A stretch of 64,000 nucleotides of DNA. Origin: Stylophora pistillata (lineage: Eukaryota). Below, piece by piece: positions 24,071-36,422 of this stretch; position 1 is the stretch's first letter, and the number at the start of each line of letters is the position of its first letter. The notes below the pieces were generated by a model. It searched no databases, was not told the DNA's origin, and saw only the letters and a program-made list of their open reading frames with translations. Both the position numbers and the translations under genes were made by a program. Location of the stretch: the NCBI RefSeq assembly GCF_002571385.2, contig NW_019218608.1, positions 1 to 64,000 on the forward strand, read 5' to 3'.

Positions 24071-27000
24071 CATGATTATATGATAGAGAAAGGGAAACTA
24101 ACAAATCAAACGTTTACAATGAAATTTAACAACGTTTTGGCCTTCAGTTTCATTTCAAGGTGTTGGTAAAGGACAAATGAAATCATAGCCGATTGGATAA
24201 GTGTTTCAAAGATGTTCCTTCTCAAACTTCCAATCATCCACTCGGGGCTTTAAATTTTTAAAGCGGACCCTGTAGAAGCAAGCATCCGATTGCATCTTAC
24301 AATTCAGATCCCATTTTTCCTTCATACAATTTTGGACACGTTCTAAAACAAAATTCTTTTTGCAAGGTGCGAAGTCAACATTTGATATGACTTGCCTTGT
24401 GACGCGATGCGATATGAAAGACCCTGTGGAGTAAAGTCACCCTGTTAGTATTTAGATGACAAAGAAATCCTTCTGCAAAAAAAACTTAAATGTAAGCCGC
24501 AATAAAATGCTCTACATCATATATGGATTACGAAGTGAATATATTATCAATTGATAAAACATTATACGTACAGTTACCCAATACTTGTATTCGTTTCAGG
24601 TTTTTGAGTCCTCCTCATTTCCCTCTTACTAAAGTAGATTTCAACCAAATAGGGAGGGAAACTCGATTTCGAAAGAAGAACTTTGACTTTTGGGTATTAT
24701 GCCTATTCTTTGTTCTTTCGAATGTTTGTTTCGTCTTCTTTTTCTTTTCAAATGAGTTCACAGGTGTTGCAGACGGCCTGAGAATGAGTTCATTCAACTA
24801 AATGACGAATGTGAGCTGTATTCATTAACCATCTGTTCCATTCTCGTTGATTTCAAATTGTTTAATGTTATAAATTGGAAACACTCCGCAAAACTCCTTG
24901 TCATCATCGTTGCTATCGATATCATGACTATAATTATCATAGTTATTATTCAAAGTTTAAAAGCGCCATGATCGTGTTTCCAAAAATTTATTTATTTGCA
25001 CAATTTTTAAATCAAAAGGTGTGGTAAATCAAAATCAATGTTTTTTTTTGTTTATCAGAGGTGTTAACAGTTTTGCTCACGAGGATCTAGTTGCCTTTGG
25101 ATTATACTTTTGAATGAGATTTCAAACAGGACTAGCGATGGCTAAAATTAATCATTGCATGCTTCCGTTGTTTCAAATGCATTTACATCCTATCGAAGAA
25201 GATCTTACAAAGTAAATCGACAACGAATTTATGCTATTTGTAAATTGTTTCGTTATTTTTAAATTTGTCATCACACTGTTCTAACATCTCTCCTTTAAGT
25301 TAACACATCGACACCCACGTAACGCGTTTCTCTCACGTGAGGGACACTTTCCCCACTAAGTACTACTAGCGCGATCTCAACAAATGATCAAAATTTTTAA
25401 GTCGGATTTTCCGTTGCTTTCCGACTCGTTCGACCTTATGGAGCTTAAAATGAAAACTGAATGAGCTCTCGCCGTAATACACTGTTGGGAAAAGAATGGA
25501 TATCTTAGAAGCGACAGAATATGCTTTCGAGTCAATGACATTCCGATTCTCCGAAGCGATGTGAATTATTGCTCTAAAGGGAAATCGAACCTTTATTCAA
25601 GTGAGGCCCAGCGACAATATGTCCTTACGTAAAGTGATGCTTAATTAAAGATTTTGTATGAAAACGTACAGCCTTAAAAAATTTTCAACTTAACGCCAAG
25701 CAATTTTCTGGCCGTGGACTCAAGTATTACTTAATAACGATCTAAGCATGGAGAATAATCTAGTGATCTATTGGGAGGGTTTCGTATACGTTAGAAGTTC
25801 TTGGGTTTTTTGTTTCTGATAGTCCATCAAGATATGTTTTGAATAAAGCAGTTTGTGTCGAGATATTTCTTGTTCATTTTTGTTTTGCTTCTCATTTACA
25901 GTTTCCAGGCGTAGAAATTCAGCGATCTCTGAAAGATTTGATATGCATCTCTCGATTTTTTTCTCTGAAAATAAGTTATTTTAATGATGTACTTTCATCA
26001 GAGCTTGTTTTTGGGAAAAGACGCTTTCATAGGCAAGCGAAACACTCGGGAATGAATGGGTAAAATATTTGTCTCACTTTCCTCTTATTTAATAGGGGGA
26101 CAAAATGTCCATCAAAGTTTCTTTTTCGGTCTAAACTAAAGGCGGCTTAATCAAATCTACTTGACCCGCTAATAATGGAAGTAAATATCCCTTTCACCAC
26201 GGCTGGTCTCACGCGTGATCATTGCGGGAGACGATTTTTTCCACCCACGCGCGAGCACGCGCGAGCACGCGCGACCATGGCGTGATGCGCAGCTCGAGTT
26301 CGCAGTAGCAGTAGCGGGCACCGTTCTAAAATAAAAATAGGTCTGCAATGCGTACATGTGTGGCTAACGAAATTGAGCTGCTTTTTAGTGTCTGGTGTCT
26401 TAATGAGTTTCTTTTAGAAGAGCTAACATCTGACTACGGTTTTCAATATTGTTCCTTTTCATCAATAAAACAAGATAACTATCATATAATAGTCCTTAAA
26501 TGTTCATTTTCAAGTTCATTTTAATGGTCAAACTTTGTTATGAATGTCTTATTTTGACAACAAAGGTTGCACCTGTAACTTGAGATATTTTAGGAACTTA
26601 AAAAAAAACGTCAGCATCATCTCCCATACTGGCCTGATAGATTCACTCATGATTTTGTTTACATAACGAAGTGGAATTGAGTTCTGAAGTTTGTAGGTTA
26701 ATTGTCTTTTCCAAGGCAAGTGATTGAAATTTACTCTAGGGAAGCACTTTATATGAATATTTTTGGCATTTTGCGTGCAAGCACACAGGGACAAAGCTCT
26801 GCAGAAGGGCTGGGACATTCAGGAAAAGATGTAATCTGCACTAGAAGCCATTGGGAGCTTGATTTGGTTTGAATATGTGACTAATTTTGGACAATACATA
26901 TCCGGTATATGTAAAGTAACACAATGCCAAGCGTAGGTTCTATTTTCCACTAGAGCACAAAGTTCTATTTTCAGTTGGTTGGGAGCAAACATTTACTCTA

Positions 27001-29168
27001 ACTACTGTATTTGGGTTTGACTGTATGCTCAATAAATAACACAGAAAGAAGGAAAGGAACACCTAAGGAAGAATTTAGGTAAAAAAGATAGGTGCATAAC
27101 AAGATCAGAACACATGCAATATCTTAAGGAATCATATGCATATGTTGAGTAGTACTCTGAAGTACCATTACATTAACTTTGCTAATAATTTTTCATCCTA
27201 CATGATTTACAATTTGACCCGGAGGTTTTATTCAACGGAAAGTTCAATAGAGATAGAGTGTTACCATAATAGATTTCAGGAACAGTAATCAGAGAAATAT
27301 CTTAAACATAACAGAGTTTTTTATGTTGGCCTATTATTGAAATTGTAATTTCATGCCAGAGTGTTTCCCAAATTCAAGCTACGTGGAGACATGAAATGAA
27401 TAAGTGAACTTTACATCATCATGTAAATGATCAACTTCACATGCTATCAAAACTTTTCTTCAGCTGAAATCTTACTTTGGGATGCAATTTTGTTAATGTT
27501 TATCAATACGCATAAAAATATCCAAGCTTTTGTTTATTTTGGTCAGCTACAGTGTGTATCAATCGGCACAACCTACTTTGGGTAAATCTGATTGGTTTCT
27601 TGTGTGATCTATTGTTGCTGAGCCTTATAGTTTACATTTGTACTTGAGTTTTCCACTAGCGATACATGAAAAAGGCACCTAGCTGTTTTCAGCCAATCAA
27701 GAGTGTAATCTTTCATGTATATCAGTATTTTGATGAATTAACCAAAACCAAACAAGTAACTGTAAAGGAGTTGTAGTCTACCAAATAAAGGCCTAATACA
27801 CATGTATCGCTACCAAGTTTAAATATCAATGCTTATCTGAACCATTATGAAGAGAATTTAGGAGGCTGCCAAGCTTACAGGAAGTCATGAAATGTTAAGG
27901 TCTGAATACTTGCAGAAATTATTTGGAAAACATAATACTAATCACATTTCAGTTATAAAATTTAACTTCTAGGCTCCTATTCGTATTTTAATAAAAGCGA
28001 ACTCACTTTGTTCCTGAGTGTCAATGTATTCCTAAAAGTTTGGAGCAATCATAATAGACATTCAGCACCAAGGTTTTCATATTAACGACAAACCGCACTT
28101 TTAGGTCAGTCTTTAGACGTAATTTCTTATGAAGAGGCCGTCATATAATTTGAACTTCTAGACAACAACAGCGTTTGATTTTCAAATGGCAACAAAGAGT
28201 CCTATTTTCACTCACTGGCTAAAAATTGTATTAAAGCATGTACTGGTTAAGTAATTTTTTTTACTGAACATGTGACATGAACAGAAATTCAGGATAAAAA
28301 ACGTTCCGTATATGACTTACGTGGAACGTGATCGCACCGCTTTGTCACGTGAATTCTAGCAGTACATAAATTGGGTAAACCAAAACACTACTTCATTCCA
28401 CGTTTTATGTTATTGTCCAACAACTTGTTTCAATGTAAGTAATTAAAAGACTCCTTGTTGTAATCCGCTGTTAGAAGACAAGCCGAGTGTAGGAAAGCCG
28501 GTGTGTGAAACCTAAGCAACAAAGATGAACGAATAACTAGGTAAAAATCGATCTTCGACAACGTATATCACCCATGAATACAAAATTACTCGAGACCACG
28601 CTAACGACCACGACATTGAACCACGTGACGGGCGCTCTACTCTCATGGACAAAAAAATAAATCAGATCATGCCGCAATATGGTACACAATTTGTATAAGC
28701 CACACAAAAACTGCATATTTTACCCTTAGCCGCAACTTTATTATTCAAGGACATACCATAGAGTTCCGATAGTAGCGACCCTCGGTACTTTTGGAATTAG
28801 CAGCCTTTGGGGGTCGTAACTTTAGGGGGGTCGTTACTTTCGGGGAACAGAAATCGTTTACAAATAGAGCTGGCGTGAGTTTTTCTTTTTTTTTCCGAAA
28901 TTTAAACGAACAACATAAAATTAAAAAAGAACAATATTTTGTTTGCATTCCACATGTATAGATTGTGTTTCATAAAAAGGTAACAATGATAAATTCCGAC
29001 AGCAATACTGTAATAAAATACCGTAAATCAATATCAACACCAATAAACAAAGTAGATAAAATTCGTCTATCCAATTTCATGTTTTAACTGCGACATGGGT
29101 GGGTTCCGGATGTCTTCTTAGATTGAATTGTCAGTGGTCGGGATCAGTTGTATTAGTTTGTCTCTTGG

Positions 29169-29505
29169 TTATTTTCTTAGACTTCTAAGTCCTTTCTTGA
29201 CGTCAATTTCATAAACGCAGGTAATCTCAATGCCTCCTCCTTGAACCCATACACCTTCAGGCGCACTCCTGCTTTGGCCAGATACACGGCAAGTCATCTT
29301 GATTTCCTTTTTCACCAATGGCTTGTACAGGACCTCCGCTAGACTATCAGGCACGTGTCAAACTGTAGTGACATCTTGTTCGCCGCAGTTTGTGTTTTTC
29401 ATCTTCACCACTATGTCGTTTTGTGAATATGCGTTAGAAGGCTCGGGAATACATTTGCACACTTCATTAATTCGTGGATTAGACCGATAGCAGTGATCTC
29501 CCTTG
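29169..29505 (-). pseudogene. HIRAN-like domain ORF within pogo element
   Basis: KGDHCYRSNPRINEVCKCIPEPSNAYSQNDIVVK...V*HVPDSLAEVL...GGGIEITCVYEI resembles the HIRAN pattern G.H.Y...EP.N..D..A..V...GHVP. Confidence 0.6.
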
Positions 29506-29636
29506 TTAAGTCAAGAAATTGTGCATAATCGGCGGTAAATAGCAGCAATTGGTGATCAATTTTCACTTGAACAGTACACGTTCCTAATACTGATGCGAGG
29601 GTCTTTTCTCTGTATATTGTTGTGTTGATATACGGA

Positions 29637-29817
29637 ATGAATGGATCGAAATCGACCAATCACAACCTCTGGACGTGACCTTTTGAACCCATGAAAGTTA
29701 CCTTCTGTTGATTACATCTATTTGCCGAGATGTCCGCTAGAATTGTGTTGACAAATGAATGGATCGAAATCTACCAATCACAACCTACTGACGTGACCTT
29801 TTCAACCTACGAAAGTT
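29637..29817. promoter_or_regulatory. Duplicated CCAAT-box + CRE-like module between divergent HIRAN-like and transposase ORFs
   Basis: Two ~63-bp copies of atgaatggatcgaaatc.accaatcacaacct..(t/g)gacgtgacctttt. Confidence 0.45.
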
Positions 29818-31857
29818 TTCCCAAGACGTCCGCTAAAATGACAGACATTTGATCATGTTTTTACGTGGCATGGATTTTTCGTCTTTCCTCGGTGAAAATA
29901 GGGAGAAAGTTTGCCTATGTGGAAAGGCAACAAAATATCAATGCATACGATGTGAGACAACCGTTTGTGTCTTGTGTGCTCCCGAAATTCAGAATACTGA
30001 AGATGAGCCAGAATATAAGCCCATGATTAAGGTTGGAATTTGTAACCAATGTAACAATACCGCCATTACCGGCTGTCATGTTGAGACCGATGATGAATCA
30101 GTAGTGTTGGAGGATATGGAGGCTTCCAACGATACCGTGCCAGTTCAGTTAAACACAGAAAATGAGCAAAGTTCAACTGGCGCAGTCTTCAGGGCCCTTG
30201 AGACAACGACGAACAGTAGCAGCAAAGGTACTGATATCCAGGTCCCCGACAAGAGAAATCAATGGACAAGGGAACAAAGGCCAGAGTTCATAGATCTTTG
30301 GAAGGAATATAAGAACAAGGCAAAGGCCGCTAGAGAGTTTAAAGCTCGCTATAAGTTCGAAGTGAAAGCTAGCACGTATAATCCATGGATCAACCAAGAA
30401 CAGAAACTTAGAAATTCAAAGTACAAATCGAAAACGGCAGGAGCTGGTCGGCATGCAGCTTTTCCTGACGTGGAGAAGATATTATTTCAGGAATTCCAGG
30501 AACTTCGTGGGAAAGGTGTCAAGGTTAAGGAATGGTGATTCCGAAGTCAATGCAAACAGTTAACGGCAGAGCTGCATTCAAGAGTGGAATTCAAAATGTC
30601 AAACCACTGGTTTGGTCGCTTTAAGTCACCCTAGGATATCAGCTTGCGGCGCTCAACAAATGCTGCACGGAAACAGTCTGAAACACTACGTACATCTATC
30701 CAACAATTTCACAGATATCTCAGAAGAATGGCAACAGTTAAAGCAACTGAGCTGGAGGGTGTCCAAGAAGGCATTGTAGGTCCCTGGGAATTACGCAATA
30801 TAGCTAATATGGATCAAACATCTCTGCAATTCTGCTTCAACACCAAAGGAGCTACTTATGCAGAGAGAGGAGAAAAGTCAGTATGGACCCGGACGATAAG
30901 TGAAGGCCATGATAAGAGACAGTGTACCGTGCAATTGACCATGTTCGCCGATGGCAAGCCTCGTATCAAACCCTTGCTGATCTTTAGGGGCACAGGACAA
31001 CGAATTCCAGACCAAGAAAAGAGGCAGTATGATCCAAGAGTCGTGCTCCAGCTCCAAGAGAACGCGTGTTGCAACGAGGAAATGATGGTCTTTTGGCTCA
31101 GAAATATGTGGAAGAAGCCAAAAATGTTTGGTCAACCACGCCATAGACTTCTTATCTATGATGCGCATTGAGCTCAAACAACAGAGAGGGTAAAGACCAT
31201 TCTGACGCAAGAGTGTCAGACGACACTGAGGATTATACCTCCGGGCGTAACGAACAAGGTTCAGCCACTCGATGTTACATTTAATGCGGAATTTAAGAAA
31301 AGTGTCGACAGACTAGCTACGGAAAACTTGTCCGCAAGTCCAGAGCACTTTATGACGGGAAAAGTTACTGCTGGGGATCGGCGTGTGCTTTTCACGAAAC
31401 GGGTGGGTACGGTATGGCAAGAGACCTCGCACCGGCTGAAAGACACAGTTATTCGCTCATTTGTGAAATATGGAATTTCACTAACCATTTCCGGTAGCAG
31501 GGACAGTGAAATAAATATCGATGGCTTACCAGACTACCACATGGGTGAATCAGCTGATATAGAGGGGATCGAGTTCTTCACTGACTCAGATGAGGAAAGC
31601 TAAACTGCTTCGATTGTGCTGCATGACGCACCGCTGCGTTTTGTATCTCAGTGTCATTTAATTGGAACAAAGACGTTTTTATTAATGATAATCGACGAAA
31701 ACTACAAAGACTTTTAAATATCAATTTGAGGAAACGTTGCTGTTGTTAATATGAAATTATACCGCTTTACGCTCTTACATCACTACATCAGTGAACTGTT
31801 CCCCTTGTTGTAAATTAAAGTGCCTTATCGTGAACGTATTACAGTATTGTACATTAA

Positions 31858-32160
31858 AGTGCACCTAAACCCAAAATTGTTTTTTTCGCTTAACGAAATA
31901 AGCTTATTTTTTTGGGGTATTTCTGTGCAAAATTTTTTTGATTTGCTCAAATCTTTAATTTTCTGTGCCCTGTCAAAATGCGGAAAATCGTCCGCCGTCT
32001 TGCACCACGACCGAGTTTAAAGAGGAATGGCTCTAGCGGGTAATGTGACGTCAAATCGAGAACACGAAAGTCTGCATTTCACACATATTCACTTGTTTGG
32101 GAAGGTTTTCGTCGATATTGTCCGAAATATGCCGACTAGGTGTGTTGTATGAGGGATGTA
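31858..32160 (+). mobile_element. 5' end of a Kolobok-like element (TTAA junction, THAP-like start)
   Basis: ttaa|agtgcacct terminus and an MPTRCVV start at 32130 that is immediately disrupted. Confidence 0.35.
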
Positions 32161-34096
32161 TGAAGTGCGATACCCTCTTGCAAATTTCGCACCTTGCGAA
32201 ACCCTTTCCAAAAGTCTAGTAGGAAAACGCTATTTTCTGGTCTGTTACCGGTACGCCTCTCCCTAATGTCACCTCCAATCCAGCCTTACCACACCGCAGG
32301 CTTTTTTAATGAAAAGGGGGGACCTCTGCACTAAAAGGCAGATGGGTTGAAGGACCAGACTAAAGACACCCCCTACCAGAAAACCCCGCATGCGAGGGTT
32401 CGCGATTCTGTACTATAAAGCGTATTCACAGAGTTAACTGATGTTTCACCCTATGGCGGAGATTATATCGTCGAATCTCTCTTTCCAGGGGCTCTAAATC
32501 TTGGTCACCAACGTTGATGTCGCTGTCCTGTGGCAATTTTCCTGTTTTCTTTAAGATCGCCAGTCTAGAAAAATAGCTTGCAATCTGCTGAGCTCCTCTC
32601 TATCGAATAAGTGTTGGTTAGTACCCTCCCGATTTAGTGTGCGTATTCGTCTTGAAGCATTAGGCGGGGTCACCTTGCGCCCAGTCTCCTCACCAACGAG
32701 AAATAGCTCGAGAAGGAAGTTCTTCACCTGTTCTGTAAACCTGCTGCACTTCCTTGCCTTGAGGGCCCAGCCACCAGGCACACTGTTGAAGCTGTTGGCG
32801 GTAGAAGTACTGGAGGTCTTGTCGGTCTCTGGTATTTTTACTTTCAGAGAGGAGCATTTCGCCGCCCATTGCCGTCTATTGTGATCGTGCTGCGTTTCCC
32901 GATGAAGTTTGTACTGGTGCTTGCCGAAGTCAAGATGGCTGACAAGGTAGTGGTTAGAGCAGTAGACTTTACTACACCCTTCCTCAGGACATGAAAACAA
33001 GGCGCTTGCAGTTTCTTCGCAGTTACGTTTCTCCACATCTTTCGCTGATGGTGGATTTCTCGACCGAGAAGCTGGCTTTTTCAACGCGCCTTTTCCGGTG
33101 TCTAGTACGCGAATAGGTTCAAAACCTTTATACCTGTGACTTGCTGCGTTGAATCCATGGGAAGAGCCTTTATCCGACATCTTAGTCCAACACGAAATGC
33201 GTGCCACATCTTGATACTACCACACTCGTACTGGAAATTATTTAGCTGACTTATGCCCACCCACTTTACGGGTGTTAACATTTGCTTTGCTTGGTGGAGC
33301 TCGCATACAGCAGCCAGGCAGCCTTTAACTCCCCCGTGCGAGTCAATAGCCTCCTTCAGCTGCGCTACAGTAGTACCATCATGACCTGAAAATCAACATC
33401 CACAGGCATGAGTAAGTAGATGTTTGAAGCTTCAGCTGCTGTGGGCTTTAGGGGAGGTGCGCGAAGCATGCTGGATCTTCGAGCATGGGCTTTATACTAC
33501 GAGGCGCAATGTTGTACCTTTTGCCACTTGCTTTATTATCGAGTTTTAGACTCCAATGCAGTTTTAGTGATAATTGTAACCACGGACAGACAATATCGAG
33601 TCTGTTTGCGTGGTGCATCAATGTGGCGATCTTACTTCATACAGTTTGAAAATAGGGTGTACCGTGGGAACTCAATCAAATTATTATCCTTCACCTTTCA
33701 CTTTCTTCGGGTGTCTTAAAGGGTACAACGACCATGTCTTTTCTTGTAACGATAACAACCATGCTTTGAGCGCACAAATATAAGCTGCTAGGGACAGACC
33801 ATTACTTCTCTGAAGGGAGGGGGAGAGACAAAAATTGTTTTGAATGCAAACAACTTATTCCTTTTTGCAGCAGCAATTTATTTGGGGGTTGCATACAGTT
33901 TATGTCGGTTTATTGCGCTTGCAAATAATTCATTTCAGTGTTTACGGTTCTGCAAAGAATTGATTTGAAAATTTTCCATTCCCCCACCCCACTCGCAAAT
34001 AGAGTATAGTATACATTCGACCGGTACTCGCTACCAGGACTTTTCGAAATGAAAACTGTATGTGAAATGTTACCTTATTGTTGCATAAAAGCCTAA

Positions 34097-36052
34097 AGGT
34101 CGGCACACACGAGGGGACTAGTACCTGCGACTAGTCCCAGCGACCAGTTTCGTGCGACTAGTCCCTTCGTGTGATCTACACATTTCTTTTGGTCTCTGCA
34201 ACTGGTCGGACGAATTCGAACTGGTTTGAATTCGTGCGACCAGTCGCAGGGACTTGTCGCATGAAACTAAATGTTTGTCCCTTCGTGTGAACTGTTTGTG
34301 CGACCAGTCCCTACGACTAAACGGTAAATAAGCCAATTACGGGTCAGTATGATAACCTCCTATAATTCCATTACGCACAAATTTATCTGTTTTTGCTTCT
34401 CTTCAGCTCCAGACGCCATCTTCTTTCAAATTCCCGGCTTGATTTCCCGCTTTCCCGCCGAAATAGATACCGTGAAGAAGGGATTGCGTGACTTCCGGTA
34501 TTTGTAAAAATTGCAGTTTCTATGAATTTTCCCTGAATTCTAGATTTCTACAACTGAAAAATAAAAAGCTATTTCTAGTTTTTTAAACATATACAGATGT
34601 CTTGGAGCCGTTTTGATGAAATTTTTACCCTATTTTACTCTGTGTCTGTTAAAAATTAAAAAAACAAAAACGGAATAAGTAAAAGCAGGAATAGTCCGAC
34701 TGAATTAGTTCATTTGCGTCGATGTTTAATAGTGCTACAATGAAAAGTTACCAAATTTTCCTTGTTTTCGTGTAACGCCCCAGACTAAGAAACATCTTTG
34801 CCTCTTAAGATGACTCGTACCGGTTTTCATCTTTTTGGTGGTTTTTAACTTTGAAAGAATGCAACAGAAAGACTGACCAAGGCCAGTTGAACACTTTTAC
34901 AAGGTTGAAATATATAATCATTGGTTATCCAAAAATAGGCGTCATTTCGTCACTAGCAGTTTCCATGGCAACGCTTTCATGGGCTTATTCAGACGCATTC
35001 TTTGGCTTGTGGCTTAAATAATTCGAAAACTTCAGAGGTGACTCCGTGATTTTTTTCAGTGATTGCTTTCGGCACTTGAAAAGGAAAATGCACAAAGATT
35101 TTTAAAAAATTCTACGGAGCGGAATTTCAGAAAATCCAGAAAAGAGGCAATTTTCACACATCGCAAATTTCCTTCCCTAGAATTTTCTATTTTTTTTCAA
35201 TGATTCCTTTCGACGTTCTTAACATATTGGAACAATGAAAAGAAGGGGTCACCGGACTTGTTTTCATGCAATAGCTTTCGTGAGTTTAGCAATTTCCACG
35301 CGCGTTCTCGCGCATTTAAAAATCTGGATTCTATAAGGTCGCCATTTGCTCATGATCTATTTTAGCTACCGCTGACAATTGCGTGTGCTCGCGCGAGCGG
35401 CTACGATCTGATGTTTACAGACGTTTACTGCCAAGAAAATCATTAAACAGCTGTCAAAGACAGCCTCCCGGGCTCATCTTAAAATTCCTACACACAACTT
35501 CTGGCTACATCATATCATTTTCTTCGAGGTTTCAAAGTCGTCTTCCACTTTAGGTAGATTATCCTTCACTTGAGTTCTTCCTTTTTCGCCATCGCAAGAT
35601 TTCATATCAGTTGAATATTTCTTTTAAATGTGAAGTGAAGCAACCTTTACTTCTCCGAAAATCGTCTTCCTTATCTTAGTTTCTATTTCCTGCATTCACA
35701 CTGGCCGCTCAACACATCAAATACAAGCTCAAATACAAGGTAAACTTCTCACATAAGTAGAAAAAAATCCACGCGCCGCCATCTTTGTTTTAAATTTTCG
35801 TCTTTTAATCTCGCGTTTCTCTCGCACGCTTCTCTCGCGCGTGACGCAAGAGTTATCTGTCCCCGCGCGAGGAAACTAGTACGAGCCACCTTAATTTTCC
35901 TATGTTCTTGTGCAATTGAGTGCCCTCGTGTGAACGCCTTAAGGGAATAGTCCTTGCTACCGGTCTCCTCGTGTAAACCCTTCAAAAACTTGTCGCAGGG
36001 ACTAGTCGCACGGAGTAGTCGCAGGGACTAGTCCCCTCGTGTGTGCCGACCT
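34097..36052. mobile_element. Non-autonomous PIF/Harbinger-type element
   Basis: ~36-bp TIRs aggtcggcacacacgaggggactagt(a/c)cctgcgacta, TAA TSDs at 34094-34096 and 36053-36055, and subterminal gcgactagtccc repeats. Confidence 0.85.
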
Positions 36053-36286
36053 TAAAACTAAATTTATCGGAATGACTACCGGTTTAGAAAAGTACTAATA
36101 TTTCACATTATTATTTGGCTGTGTCTCACAAGGACTGGGAACTACCGAATTCACGAATTTGATTGGCTGAAATCAACATTGAAAGCGGTCTAGATTTTCC
36201 CATCTAGACCGGCATCTGGAAGGGTCTAGAAGAAAAAGGTATAGAGAATATAAATTGGCATTTAAGACACAGCCATATAATAAAAA

Positions 36287-36422
36287 TCTTATTAACCGAG
36301 CTAGGTCGGTCTGTATGGGAGAATCTTGACCTCGGTCGCTGGTACAGACCTCACTGCGTTTGGTTTGTACTGGCGACCTCAGTCACGATTCTCTCATACA
36401 GACCTCCCGCTTGGTTAATAAG
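36287..36422. repeat. Palindromic MITE-like hairpin
   Basis: tcttattaaccgagc...gtacagacc pairs with ggtttgtac...gcttggttaataaga. Confidence 0.75.

Larger units (their letters stand above)
28756..31603 (+). mobile_element. Pogo/Tigger-type DNA transposon, degenerate transposase 29849-31603
   Basis: TA followed by a ccatagagttccgatagtagcgacc TIR-like end. CENP-B-type HTH region and DDE_1 motifs NMDQTSL, LLIYDAH and VQPLDV. N-terminal Cys-rich segment. In-frame stops; right TIR not found. Confidence 0.88.

Noticed and set aside
26165-28745. Possible large non-autonomous element
   Set aside because: No matching TIR pair, TSD or coding relic could be established.
34097-34320. Short repeated words resembling a CRISPR-like array
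   Set aside because: Irregular subterminal repeats of a Harbinger-type element in eukaryotic DNA, with no constant repeat-spacer period.
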